Source: Eledone cirrhosa (Eukaryota). From it: 64,000 nt of DNA. This document shows positions 27,201 to 39,605 of the stretch, in pieces (positions within the stretch are counted from its first letter, which is position 1; each line of letters starts with the position of its first letter). The notes under the pieces were generated by a model. It saw only the letters and a list, made by a program, of their open reading frames with translations. It was not told the DNA's origin and searched no databases. A program made the translations under genes and the position numbers. The stretch is taken from assembly GCA_964016885.1 (NCBI GenBank), contig OZ024746.1, positions 14,880,001 through 14,944,000 on the forward strand. The letters are read 5' to 3'.

Positions 27201-30200
27201 TCAGTAAGTAAACTGTCACACCTGGCCAGTAACTACACAAACACACCTGGTCAGTAAGTAAACTACCACACCTGGCTAGTAACTACAGATACACCAGGTC
27301 AGTAAGTAAACTACCACACCTGGCTAGCAACTACAGACACACCTGGTCAGTAAGTAAACTGTCACACCTGGCTAGTAACTACAGACACACCTGGTCAGTA
27401 AGTAAACTGCCACACCTGGCCAGTAACTACAGACACACCTGGTCAGTAAGTAAACTGCCACAGCTGGCTAGTAACTACACAGACACACCTGGTCAGTAAG
27501 TAAACTGTAACACCTGGCTAGTAACTACACAGACACACCTGGTCAGTAAGTAAACTACCACACCTGGCTAGTAACTACACAGACACACCTGGTCAGTAAG
27601 TAAACTACCACACCTGGCTAGTAACTACAGACACACCTGGTCAGTAAGTAAACTACCACACCTGGCTAGTAACTACACAGACACACCTGGTCAGTAAGTA
27701 AACTACCACACCTGGTCAGTAAGTAAACTACCACACCTGGCTAGTAACTACACAGATACACCTGGTCAGTAAGTAAACTGTAACACCTGGCTAGTAACTA
27801 CACTGCCACACCTGGTCAGTAAGTAAACTACCACACCTGGTCAGTAAGTAAACTGCCACACCTGGCTAGTAACTACACAGACACACCTGGTCAGTAAGTA
27901 AACTGTAACACCTGGCTAGTAACTACACTGCCACACCTGGTCAGTAAGTAAACTACCACACCTGGCTAGTAACTACACAGACACACCTGGTCAGTAAGTA
28001 AACTACCACACCTGGCTAGTAACTACACAGACACACCTGGTCAGTAAGTAAACTACCACACCTGGCTAGTAACTACACAGATACACCTGGTCAGTAAGTA
28101 AACTACCACACCTGGTCAATAACCATACTGCCACACATGGTCAGTAAGTAAACTGCATTATCTGGTCAGTATACAATGTGGTTGTTGAAATACTAACTAG
28201 AACTAGTAACAAAATCTAACTAGTACAGCTAACTAGAACTAGTAATTAGTACTAGAACTATTAACTAGAATTAGTAACAAAATCTAACTAGTACAGCTAA
28301 CTAGAACTATTAAATAGAACTAGTAATTAGCACTACTAACTAGTACAAGTAACTAGAACTACTAACTAGTACAAGTAATCAGTACTACTAAGTAGAAGTA
28401 GTTTACCTTGGAGTCAGTGCACAACTTACCAACAGTTCATATCAACAGTAATCTATTGTATTTACATAATTTATGCAAATTTTGCTAACAATAAACACAA
28501 GGAACATAAAATATTCCACAGGATTTTGTTGACATCAACCTGTTTTCTAGAGTCAATATATGTTAGCACCACCACTAACACTAACACCACCACCACTGCC
28601 ACCACCATTACCATTACCACAACCACTAACACCACCACCCCTGCCACCAATACTACCACCACCAAGACCACTACCACTACTGCTAGCACCACTACTACTA
28701 CTACCACCACCACCACTATCACCACCACCATTACCAACACCACCACTACCACAACCAACACCACCACCACTATCAATGATTGCATGAGTTAGACAGGTCA
28801 TCACATATTGTGCCTAGATAGATCAGGTGACTTTGTTTTGTTCATAAAGCCATTCATGTAAGTTATTCTATTATATTAAAGCTGTTAAAGAGAGGTGACA
28901 GCAACATTGAAAACAGAAAAAAATATAGTCTTGGCTGATCATATAATTTTTGTGTGTGTATATATGTTGGTGTGTGTATTTGTATATATGTTGGTGTCAA
29001 TAACAGCACCAAACTTTATGGTTCTATCATCTTCGCATCCCACCTACCTTCTCCCTATCCACCACCTTCCAGTTAGCTATTTGGCAGACATTGCCTTGCA
29101 CTGGCCCTCATTTCCTCAACCTTCCTGTCTGTTGCTTTCTACACTTAAACTCTTTCTAAAACAGGATCCACAAAGGGCAGAGTACAGTGTGGCCAACTAG
29201 CCAGACCCTCCTCATAATGGGAGCAGCCAGTTCCACACAGTAAATGTGGTTGGTGTTCAGAAAGGCATCCAGCAGCTGTAAAAAAACTCAGCTAAAACAC
29301 AGGTCCCACTATAGCAAGGTTTGGCACGGCCAACTGACCAGACCCACCTCATATCGTGTCCACCAAAATCCCAGAATACAGTTCTGCTATGAGGAGGATA
29401 TGGTGCAGCCAACTGGCCAGACCCTCCTCGTATCGGGACCTCCCAGTCCCACACTGTAAAACACCCAGCCAAAATACAGTTCTGCTTGAGCAAGGTACGG
29501 TGCAGCCAACTGGCCAGACCCTCCTCGTATCGGGACCTCCCAGTCCCACACTGTAAAACACCCAGCCAAAATACAGTTCTGCTTGAGCAAGGTACGGTGC
29601 AGCCAACTGGCCAGACCCTCCTCGTATCGGGACCTCCCAGTCCCACACTGTAAACGTGGTTGGTGTTGGGAAGGGCATCCAGCTGTAAAACACCCGGCCA
29701 AAATACAGTTCTGCTTGAGCAAGGTACGGTGCAGCCAATTGGCCAAACTTGCCTCATAACGTGGACGCTCCATGTGACCCGTTCAACTATGGAATATAAG
29801 ACATTAAATGATAATGATGATGACATGTATATATGTATATAAGTGGTGAGAGACATACCTTTTGATCATTGGCATCCAGTCCTTTACCTTCTTCCTCTAA
29901 ATGGAAACGCAAGTTTTCCAAAAGGAAAATACTTCCAGCTTGAGGATTGCTACAGGCTGCTTCAGTTTCAGGTCCAACACAATCAGGAAGAAATGTAACA
30001 GTCCTATAAAACAACACACAATGTCATATTAACTCAATGTCATGTACTACTTCTTGAAAACTACAAAACAGCACTAGAACTCTATGGCTATTTCAACATG
30101 TGAAGGCGCATAACTTAATGATAAGAGCATTTGGCTAACATTTGTAAGGTTGTGTGCTTGACACCATCAGTGCCATGGAGCGTGGAGGCTGGTATGTATG

Positions 30201-32984
30201 GGCAAATGGTGGTCTTGAACAAAACTCCTTCCCTAGGCGTATGTCTTGAAGGGGAAGATTCTAGGTGCAAAACCAATGGTGGTTCATGACCAAAGGGGGT
30301 CTTTTATTCCAACGCGTTTCCCTTGCTATCCTCCGGGATAATGTATTCTCCAATATGTCTGCTGGGACCACGAGGCACCTTGTGCCTGGAGTTCTGCACA
30401 TCAGAGAGCATTCTCACTCACAGTTAGGGCTTGTATCTTTGGGGTAGCGATTGTATGTTATTGACTGTTGTTAAGCTCAGTTGACACCACCACCATAACA
30501 ATGACAACATCACATTAAACAAAGTCTTTAATATTACAAAGTTTCACATCAATTTGTCCTGTATTAAAGATACTATAAATATTTGAATAAACAAACCTGT
30601 TTTTAGATATTTTCTACGGAATCATTACTGGATGTTAAGATTTGAATCAAAACTTCCAACGCCTAGATATTAATAAATTATAATTTAGCTTGTATATATA
30701 ATATTTAGTTTATGAACATCTGTTTTCCCTGTTAACAAGGGTTGAATGGGTCATTACAGACTAAGTCAGTACTTAATCAGAGTTACTGACCTCTCAGATG
30801 GTTCAGAACCCCTTTCTTGCTTACATATGTTCCCAAACTCTACAGAGTGCACTGAGTGCATTTTATTGAGACACCATCACTAGGGAGGTTGTTATGTCCA
30901 TCTCCTGACACACCATCACTAGGGAGGTTGTTATGTCCATCTCCTGACACACCATCACTAGGGAGGTTGTTATGTCCATCTCCTGACACACCATCACTAA
31001 AGAGGTTGTCATATCCATTTACCAAATTCATTGACAAGTTATGCGTCAGTCGAGGACTACAGTAGAAAACAGTGCGACAGTGCGATAGAACCTAACCTAA
31101 GACCCTGTAGTTCTGAAGCAACCACCTTAACTACACAGTCATACCTGCACTTATAATTGTTTCTACTTTAGGCACAAGGCCAGCTATTTGAAGGGAAGGG
31201 GAAAGTCGATTAAATCGACTCTAGTGCATTACTGGTACTTTATTTTATCAATCCCCATAAGGATGAAAGGCAAAGCTAACCTTGGTGGGATTTGAACTCA
31301 GAACGTAAAGGGCGATAACTCTATGTTATGAAGCATCGTGTCCGATGCTCTACCGATATTTCTATGCAAGGCTGATGCTAAACTTTGGGGCTCAGATGGG
31401 ATCACACAGCCATGACTGCACCTATAATAATGCAGGCCTTTTGCTAAACTTTGGTGCTCAGAAGGGACCACACAATCATACCTGCACCTATAATAATGCA
31501 AGGCTGATGCTAAATTTTGGGGCTCAAAAGGTACCACACAGCCATGACTGCACCTACAATAATGCAGGATGATTGCTAAACTTTGGTGCAAATTCAGAAT
31601 AGTCTGAGTTGAACATATTTCAGGATCCTTTAATTTCTAAATTTGAGGGTAGACAATTGAAAAGTAAAGGGAAGAGACAGTTCGATGAAAATAAGCCTGT
31701 GATAAAGAATATAGAAAATATTACATAAAAAATACATACTTTCCCAAGAGTTTATTGAGTTCAGGAACTAAAACTTTCAAGGAATATTTTTCATTGGATT
31801 TTCCATCTGGTCTTCCTAGATGACTCATTATCACAACACTCTTGGCCCCATTCTCCAGGGCATACTTCAAGGTTGGTAAAGCAGCAACAATTCTAAACAT
31901 CAAAAATATATTACTTTATAATAAAAGATATGGATATTATTTCACTTTCATGTGTATGTGTGTGTATACACAAATGTATGTATATATCTATTTATGTATA
32001 TATGTACAGTGGCCCCTTTAGTAACAAATGTATGTGCTATAGAAAATGTTGGTAATGAATGACTTACTAAAAATTTGGTAATGACTGAAAATGTTCTCAA
32101 CAAACAATTTTTTTCCAAAAACAATAAATTATAAACTAAGGGATGCTTTAGTCATAAACCTTTGGTATTGACTAAGGTTTTGGAACACATTGTCCTTAAA
32201 TCTACATATGTGATCAGTAATTTTTGTGGTAACAAATAAGATTTTGGAACAAACAGTCCCTAAATACATATTATAATTGATGTCGGAATGAAAGTGGTCC
32301 TGGGATTAATTAGATTCATTATCAAAGTGTCAACTGTATGTGTGTATGGGTGTGCATGTATGTGTGTCTGGGTGTACATGTATATGTGTGTGGGTGTACA
32401 TCTATGTGTGTGTATGTGTGTGTGTGTGTATCTGGTGTGCATGTATGTGTGTGTGTTGGGGTATTTCTTTGTTTCTGTTTTCTCTAAAGCTATGTATATA
32501 TGTGAATCACTGTCATGTATATATGTGAATCACTGTCATGTATATATGTGAATCACTGTCATGTATATATGTGAATCACTGTCATGTATATATGTGAATC
32601 ACTGTCATGTATATATATGAATCACTGTCAAGTATGTATATGTGTGAATCACTGTCATGTATATATGTGAATCACTGTCATGTATGTATATGTGTGAATC
32701 ACTCATGTATATATGTGAATCAGTCATGTATATAGGTGAATCACTGTCATGTATATATGTGAAGCACTGTCATATATATGTGTGAATCACTGTCATGTAT
32801 GTATATGTGTGAAATCAATGCCATGTATATATGTGAAATCAATGCCATGTATATATGTGAATCACTCATGTATATATGTGAATCATTGTCATGCATGTAT
32901 ATATGTGAAGCACTGTCATGTATATATATGTGAAACACTCATATATATGTGAAGCAATGTCATATGTATATGAATAACCTATTA

Positions 32985-33019
<35 letters not shown>

Positions 33020-36000
33020 GGATAGCTATCAACTTTGACAGCACAGGTTTACTAGTATTTATATATTACACTTGTTTTAAAATATTTAGAAATACTTATA
33101 AAAACCAAACAAGATCAATAAACAATAAAACTGACCTTTGATTGTTTGTGATTTCACCATTCTTCATTGGAACATTGAAGTCAACTCTGTAAAATATAGA
33201 AATAGAGTTTAACTGGATATTTAGGATTAAGAAAAGTAGGTATATACTGTACTAGCCAATCACTTCCTGTGTATTCTCACCTATTTCCATCACTGAGTAT
33301 TAGAGGGAAATACAGTAAGATAAAACAATCCTAAATATCCAGATAGAGAAGCTGTGCTGGAAAAGACCCATGCAAGCATGGAAACATGGACATAAAACGA
33401 TGATGGTGAAAATTTTCTGTTCTGAAATCAAAAACATGGAGTCCTAGTCCAAATGCTTGCAACATGGTGAACTCTTCTGAAGGTACTCATGGGCTAGGAG
33501 ATAATATTAAACTGGGTGATGGATTGTCTAACAACAAATAGGCCAGTGAGATTTGAACTCAGAATACAAAGAAAAACGACCCCAAGACATCTAACTTGTT
33601 CGACAATAAGAATCCTATTAATCTATCACCTAAGATTGGTACTTTATCTTATCCACTCTAAAAGGATGAAAGGCAAAGTTGATCTCAGTAGGATTGAACT
33701 CAAGGAGCCATAACAAATACCACACAACATCCCCCCCCCCCCTCTAAGTTCTCAAGACAATAAGGATTGATGCTAGAATAATGGCAATCAGGTAAACTTG
33801 CCATAAATGCAAAAGTCAGTTTTTCAATGACAGCCGTTGTAAGCTCAACATTCTTACAATTATTGTTTACCTTGACTTTAGCATAATCAAATCTAATACT
33901 GACTCAAATGAACTTCACATTGATCCATCATAAAGTATTCATTTCTTTGTGTGAAGCATTTTAGAGGAGATAATGGAATGACTTGTTGACAATTACTGAA
34001 GACAATTAAAGACTTCCAAGAATAGATTACAGTAAATATCTAATGAACTAATTATATAACAATGGACCAGACAATAGTAAAGTCCAATAGAACAATGCTA
34101 CTGTTTTATTAATTATAAGTTACTTTAACATCATATCAGTGTTTACTATACATACACATTATCCAATCTAGGGCCTTGTCACTCCTGTTGGAGGAACTCC
34201 TTCCTGGTTGTCTTATATCTGATCCAATCCAGAGCCTTCTCACTCCTGTTGGAGGGATCCCTTCCTGGTTGTCCTACATCCAATCCAATCCAGGGCCTTC
34301 CTATTCCTATTGGAGGAGCCCCTTCTTCATTTATCTCCATCACTTTCTGTTTGGTTTTGGTCATGTCAGGGGTTGGCCAATTGTGGGTTGGTGAGGCTAT
34401 TTAACCCATATTTGGAGTGGATGGCTCTTTAACAGCTCTTTATTTTTTGAACTGCTCAGGTTCCCCTTACTCTCCTCTCCAGACCAGGGTCTGGTGAGGG
34501 AGCCAGTTTAGTTGCTGAACACTCAACTATGAAGCAGGTTGTACTGGATTACATGGGACCAATAGCAGACAGAAACCATACCTGACATAGACACACACAT
34601 TATGTGTGTATATATATATATATATATAGTGGTAGAACACTGGAAGGTAATATCCGTAGTGGTAGAACACTCAGTCCATGGGACGAGTTAGGTAGAAATG
34701 GTTGTGTAACCACTTCTATATATATATATAGTTAGAGAAGCAAAAAATTGCTTGTGATCCAGTTCTTGGTTAAGAAAGCCAGTTTCATGGATGGTTTCAA
34801 CGTACGGTTAGGGGTAACTCCACAAGTTTGTAAGAATTCCATTCAATCTTGGAGTATAAAGTATAAAATAGAAAACACAGGTAAGCATTAAGAGAAGGAT
34901 TTTATCCAGGTATTTACGACCGTTTCATTGGTAAGTGCAACCTTATATTGCTATACTGCAAATAGCAGCCACTCAAATATAATTGTTGTTCACAGTCCAA
35001 ATTTTCAAAATAGTGAGTCACTCACTATTTTGAAAATTTGGACTATGAACAACAATTATATTTGAGTGGCTGCTATTTGCAGTATAGCAATATAAGGTTG
35101 CACTTACCAATGAAACGGTCGTAAATACCTGGATAAAATCCTTCTCTTAATGCTTACCTGTGTTTTCTATTTTATACTATATATATATATAGACACACAT
35201 ACATAATTAGAGAAACTTCCTTAACAAATTATTGAATAGTTCAAAGAGAAAAAAAAGAATCATTTTACACCATACAGGTTTGGGACGACATACTTGTCTT
35301 CATTAACTATCCCTCATTTCATCAAAACATGTTTTTACTTTCACTTTTTTTGCTGAACATATTCCAACCCATGCCAACATAATGAGGTGGATATAAAGCG
35401 ACCACAAACATGCATCTCAGTGATTCTGGAAGGCAATTTTTTTTTTTAATTAAACATTTTCTCTTATTGTTTGTTGCAACTTTAATTACTCTGCTTTTTG
35501 CAACTTTTACCATTGGAAGTTTCCAGATTGCTTAGTGCTTAGAATATCCAACTGAATTTCTTTTGTATATTACTGATATTACTGCTAAACATCATTTCTT
35601 GTAAGGAACATTATTTCCAAATAAATAAACATTCATTTTTTATTGATAACAATAACCATTCTTTTTATTGACAGTAGTAGGATGAAAAACAAAATAATAA
35701 TTCTTTCTTTACCAGAGCCCAGATAACAATAACGATATTAATAAATATCATCTTCCATAATAAATTCCAAATTGGAGAGAGAGAGAGAGAACTCTGTGTG
35801 TGTGTGTGTATATATATAATCATCATTTAACATCAGCTTTCCCTCTAGCAAGGGTTGGATGGGTCTATATACCAAGTCAGTACTGAAGCGGGGCCACTGA
35901 CATCCCAGACAAGCCAGGGAGGTTTGTATCCTGTTTACAAACAGTCAGTATTGAGTGCAGAGGTGAAGTTATCGTGTCTTGACACAAACTGAAAGATCCT

Positions 36001-36261
36001 CCTAACCCCTCATTTGGGAAGCTTTCTACAGGTGTATTCCAGTAATCTTGAAAGCAATCATCACTTCATAACATATATATGTAGCGAAAGAAATGTTTTC
36101 CCAGAGCAACGCTGGGAAGACAATAGATAAATTTCCCCTGATGGTAGGATTTACAGCACCAGTGGTAGGAAAGAGAATATATTCTGGGGCCATCTGTTAT
36201 CTACCAATAAAATAACTAGCGGTCATTATAAATAGGCTGTCATGTGGTCCTAACTCACTCT

Positions 36262-36324
<63 letters not shown>

Positions 36325-36512
36325 CTAGACCACCCGTGACCCGTTAGGTCACGTTCACTTCAAAATATTTTTTTAAAATCATGTTCACTTAAAAATAATT
36401 TTTAAATTATTAAAATATAGACATGTATATAATGTAAAATGAAATTGGAAGGCCCATATATATACGTGTGTGTATGTAATATATATATGAATGTGTGTTT
36501 GTATACATATAC

Positions 36513-36544
<32 letters not shown>

Positions 36545-39035
36545 GTGGGTGTCTGATCTATATACACTGGTCAGTCACACACACACATTCACATATATAT
36601 ATATATACACACAACACCACCACCAGCTCTCTCTCTTTCAATCTACTCTCTCACAACCACTATCTCTTTCTCTCTCTGTTTATGAAGGTACCCAGAAAAC
36701 ACTATGTCTCAGGAACCCGTGCTTCGATTTACACAAAACTTGTTTTATTCCATTTGAATTCTCATTTCAGGAGCAACTTCCTTTCAAAGTATTTTCCCAT
36801 TATGCGCCCTTTTGGCTGTATTACTTTACAGACAAGCAAGCAAGCAATCACAGAATTTTAGTAATGTCTCTCTCTATATAGTTCAAAATGACGAACAAAA
36901 AAACGCAGGAGTCAATGGTACATAGTGTTAATCAGTAGAGGGTCGGACGCCATGCTTTCCAGCATAGTTACGTCCCTTTACGATCTGAGTTCAAATCCCG
37001 CCGAGGTTGACTTTGCCTTTCATCCTTACGGGGTCGATAAAATAAAGTACCAGTAATGCACTGGATAATTGCTGGCTTTGTGCCTAGAGTAGAAACAGTT
37101 ATTAGCTTCACGCTTAGTGAGAATGGGGGAGGTTACGACGTTTCGGACATATGTATATCATATACATACACGAGAGTGGACTGAAAAGTTCATAGGCTAA
37201 CTAAGAAGAAATGATGCTAGAGCTGTGAAATCTTGCGTGCATTAATTTCAACTCTTCTTGTTAATAACTGCATTGTTTCTTTCTAGCGACAACGCAGAAA
37301 AATAAACCTCATTTGATCATTCCATGAGAGTATCTATGAACTTTTCAGCCGACACTCGTATATTTATATCGAAAACGGTAATATTTAATAAAACTTAATG
37401 CATTTAATGTAACAAATATAAAAATATTTATTCTGTCGAATTAAAGAAAAAAAAAAAATCTTTAATCTTTAAATATACTGCTGCCCTACAGCTGATCTCT
37501 AACCAGTGCCGAGTATTGTATCTATATTTATCTCCAGCATATGTCCCCTTTTCTTGTGCGCCCTTGTGGCAAATAAAGAAATATATTTATATCTATGTAT
37601 ATTCATTTTATTAAGGCTAAATTGTGCCAGTTTATCACAGGGTCATCAGATAAGAACTCAAATATATACGAGTTCTTGATGACCCTGTGATAAGCAGGCG
37701 AAACTCCAGAGTAACTATTTAGCCTTAATAAAATGAATATTTAAACTCTACTTCGGTATTGAGTACTCTTATCTCTCAGCCATCAACCTCAAAAGGATAT
37801 ACAATATATATATGTGTAGAGAGAGAGATATATATATAGTGCCATAAAGAGGTGTTGTCTTATCGGACACTATCAGAACGCCATTCATATCTAGAATGCA
37901 TTTTAGGAATATATATATATATATATATATTTTTACTTACTCATTTTTATGCGTGTGCATGCAAACTAGTCAATATGCGTGAGTGTAAGTATGTGTGTGT
38001 GTGTGTGTACGTATGGATGTGTAAGTGTGCGTGTGTATATAAGCATGTATATTTTTGCGTTTCTTTTGTGAGATATACGTGTGTGTGTATGTATGTACCT
38101 TTTTTGTCTTCTTTTCTTTAATTTTTTCTTTCTAAATTTATTGTTCCATTTTTATAAATATATCGAGATTGATACTTTCCTTTAATTATTACACTCCCTT
38201 ACCTCTTTTACTTCCGCATCTAAGTGTACGTGTGTGTAGGTGTGTTTATGCGCGTGCCTTCATATTCTTATGATGTATCTATTCTGTCTGTAGATTACAA
38301 ACATACAGATACATTTGTCCTAAATTATATATTTACGCACACTTTTTCACTATACGTATACATATGTGCATACACATCTGTGAGCGTATATACATACATA
38401 TACCCACACCTAACTATATTTCTTGAAAGATTATTATATATTTCATATTCTAATTCATTTGTCTATATCTTTGGCATGGGTACATTATATATATAGAGGG
38501 CTCGATAAGGATAATATATATATAAAATATACAAAACCGTAGAGCAAATATTTATTAAAATAGATTAAAGTTTAAGATCCAGTTAAGGGTGAAAGCAGCG
38601 AATATTTGCTTAAACTTTAATATGTTATTTTAATATAAAATACAAATATTAATAAAATAGATGTTCTTTTGATCAATTACATTTTATTATATATATTTCG
38701 GAGGTTAAGATTTAATCAAGGAACCTTGATTAAATCTTAACCATTTAACATCTCAGTCATGTTTCATTATATTTTGTCTGATGAGGATGTACTGTTGTAC
38801 CTCCTAANNNNNNNNNNNNNNNNNNNNNNNNNNNNNNNNNNNNNNNNNNNNNNNNNNNNNNNNNNNNNNNNNNNNNNNNNNNNNNNNNNNNNNNNNNNNN
38901 NNNNNNNNNNNNNNNNNNNNNNNNNNNNNNNNNNNNNNNNNNNNNNNNNNNNNNNNNNNNNNNNNNNNNNNNNNNNNNNNNNNNNNNNNNNNNNNNNNNN
39001 NNNNNNNCACCATAGATAAAATTCAACGAAGACAT
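15251..39035 (-). CDS. PGK1: Phosphoglycerate kinase, 12 exons (exon 1 inferred across the N-gap)
   Basis: Exons 33186-33136 ([17 protein letters not shown]), 31892-31740 (SHLGRPDG), 30003-29859 ([15 protein letters not shown]), 23082-22979 ([14 protein letters not shown]), 22345-22226, 20703-20589 ([10 protein letters not shown]), 19452-19273, 18375-18299 (IVWNG), 17708-17608, 16513-16415 ([21 protein letters not shown]) and 15291-15251 ([12 protein letters not shown]). All are GT-AG and in phase. Exon 1 is tentative (ATG 39035 to donor after 38801). Confidence 0.95.
15866..16262. repeat. 40 bp minisatellite, ~10 copies
   Basis: GGGTATTTAGTACCCTAGGYTARCCMTACAATRTRGSCCT with 40 bp period. 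Confidence 0.9.
16503..16985 (-). repeat. ~39 bp minisatellite made of the PGK exon-11 splice acceptor plus exon start
   Basis: Unit TGTTGTGTTTCTATCTCAG|GTGGAGGTGACATTGCTACA, ~12 copies, contiguous with the true acceptor at 16514. Confidence 0.9.
20808..21190 (-). mobile_element. RTE-clade LINE 3' fragment with (ATG)n tail
   Basis: [14 protein letters not shown]....[19 protein letters not shown] matches an RTE ORF2 C-terminus. Related copies at ~13230-13560, 39725-39990, 40560-40830 and 59780-59990. Confidence 0.75.
23663..28150. repeat. Intronic satellite, 48-50 bp dimeric unit (CACACCTGGTCAGTAAGTAAACTGT + CACACCTGGCTAGTAACTAC(AC)AGA), ~90 units
   Basis: Directly visible tandem array in PGK intron 4. 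Confidence 0.97.
28565..28772. repeat. Degenerate (ACC/ACT)n trinucleotide repeat
   Basis: Visible; source of spurious poly-T/V/G/P ORFs. Confidence 0.92.
29370..29750. repeat. 97 bp tandem duplications inside a SINE-family copy
   Basis: ACACCCAGCCAAAATACAGTTCTG recurs at 29461 and 29558 (97 bp apart), with related units before and after. Confidence 0.85.
30871..31017. repeat. 39 bp tandem repeat, ~4 copies
   Basis: ACACCATCACTAGGGAGGTTGTTATGTCCATCTCCTGAC. Confidence 0.9.
31364..31590. repeat. 66 bp tandem repeat, ~3.5 copies
   Basis: TGCA..GCTAAACTTTGG recurs at 66 bp period. Confidence 0.85.
32490..32975. repeat. ~23-27 bp minisatellite (TGTGAATCACTGTCATGTATATA)
   Basis: Visible tandem array. 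Confidence 0.9.
34860..35178. repeat. Near-perfect palindrome, 159 bp arms, 1 nt spacer
   Basis: 34860-35018 is the reverse complement of 35020-35178, with one mismatch (34993/35045). Confidence 0.95.
36326..36360 (-). mobile_element. Helitron-like 3' terminus
   Basis: On the - strand, a GTGACC-TAACG-GGTCAC hairpin is followed 7 nt later by CTAG|T. Confidence 0.5.
37171..37358. mobile_element. Mariner-type MITE
   Basis: TIRs CGAGAGTGGACTGAAAAGTTCATAG / CTATGAACTTTTCAGCCGACACTCG, TA at the right flank, no ORF. Confidence 0.7.
37599..37790 (+). ncRNA. Degenerate type I hammerhead ribozyme motif inside a palindromic repeat (sister copies 40890-41050, 41480-41550)
   Basis: The composite of the copies gives CTTRT-CTGATGA-CCCTG-TGATAAR-CAGGC-GAAA-CTC-CA-GAG-TA^ACAAG. 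No single copy is fully intact. Confidence 0.5.
38808..39007. other. Assembly gap (200 N)
   Basis: Run of N. Confidence 1.
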
Positions 39036-39429
39036 TTCTATAAGATCGGTCGCTTTGCTCAAAACAGCAGCCAAAACTCCCTCAAATCCCACCCCACCAC
39101 TGTTGTAAAAATAACTAGTGCAGTAATATATATTGTTATATATATTACTGCACTGGGGCTTTTTTCATAGTTGTATAAATAACATAAATGTATATTTTTT
39201 TATTTACAAAGTTGGCTTAAAAACCATTGATAATTACATGAAAAATAAAAATAAAAACAAAATTAAGTAATGAGAAAGGGGGGAAGGGGTAAAGAAGGGC
39301 ATATCTGGCTGTATGGGAAAATAGAGGAGAGGACTATAAATGCCACAAATGAAAGAAAAATCAAGGACTCTCGGGCCACAGAAGAAAGGGAGGGGGAGAG
39401 GGTGTTGGGCTCTGAGCAGGGCAGTGTTT

Positions 39430-39605
39430 GAGCTGCAATCCACGGACAAAACTACAAAGGCGTTTCTGTGTACAATGGCCAGCGACACCTCATGGGTCAC
39501 CTTCCTCAGACAGACTGCTGACATTCCGATTTTGCGGAAGAGCTTGATAGTATGGTGTCCGAGGACGCCTAAGGTCTTGACGGTGACTGGTGTGAAGAGG
39601 ATATA
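39430..39605 (-). mobile_element. C-terminal fragment of a CRE-like (restriction-like endonuclease) non-LTR retrotransposon
   Basis: Translation YILFTPVTVKTLGVLGHHTIKLFRKIG...VSLAIVHRNAFVVL resembles the F.P.a.ETlG..G...S.a.qrgNA..v terminus of CRE-clade proteins. Recognised from memory only. Confidence 0.55.

Noticed and set aside
23663-28150. CRISPR-like array
   Set aside because: No unique spacers, no cas genes, and a eukaryotic intron context; it is a satellite.
28471-28804. Poly-Val/Thr/Gly/Pro ORFs
   Set aside because: Trinucleotide repeat open in several frames on both strands, with no splice context.
29257-29856. 199-aa ORF
   Set aside because: Product of 97 bp tandem duplications within a SINE-family repeat in a PGK intron.
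38778-38807. Hammerhead-like CTGATGA + GGATGTAC/GTACCTCC stem
   Set aside because: Followed by TAA and the N-gap instead of GAAA. The same bases fit the PGK exon-1 donor better.
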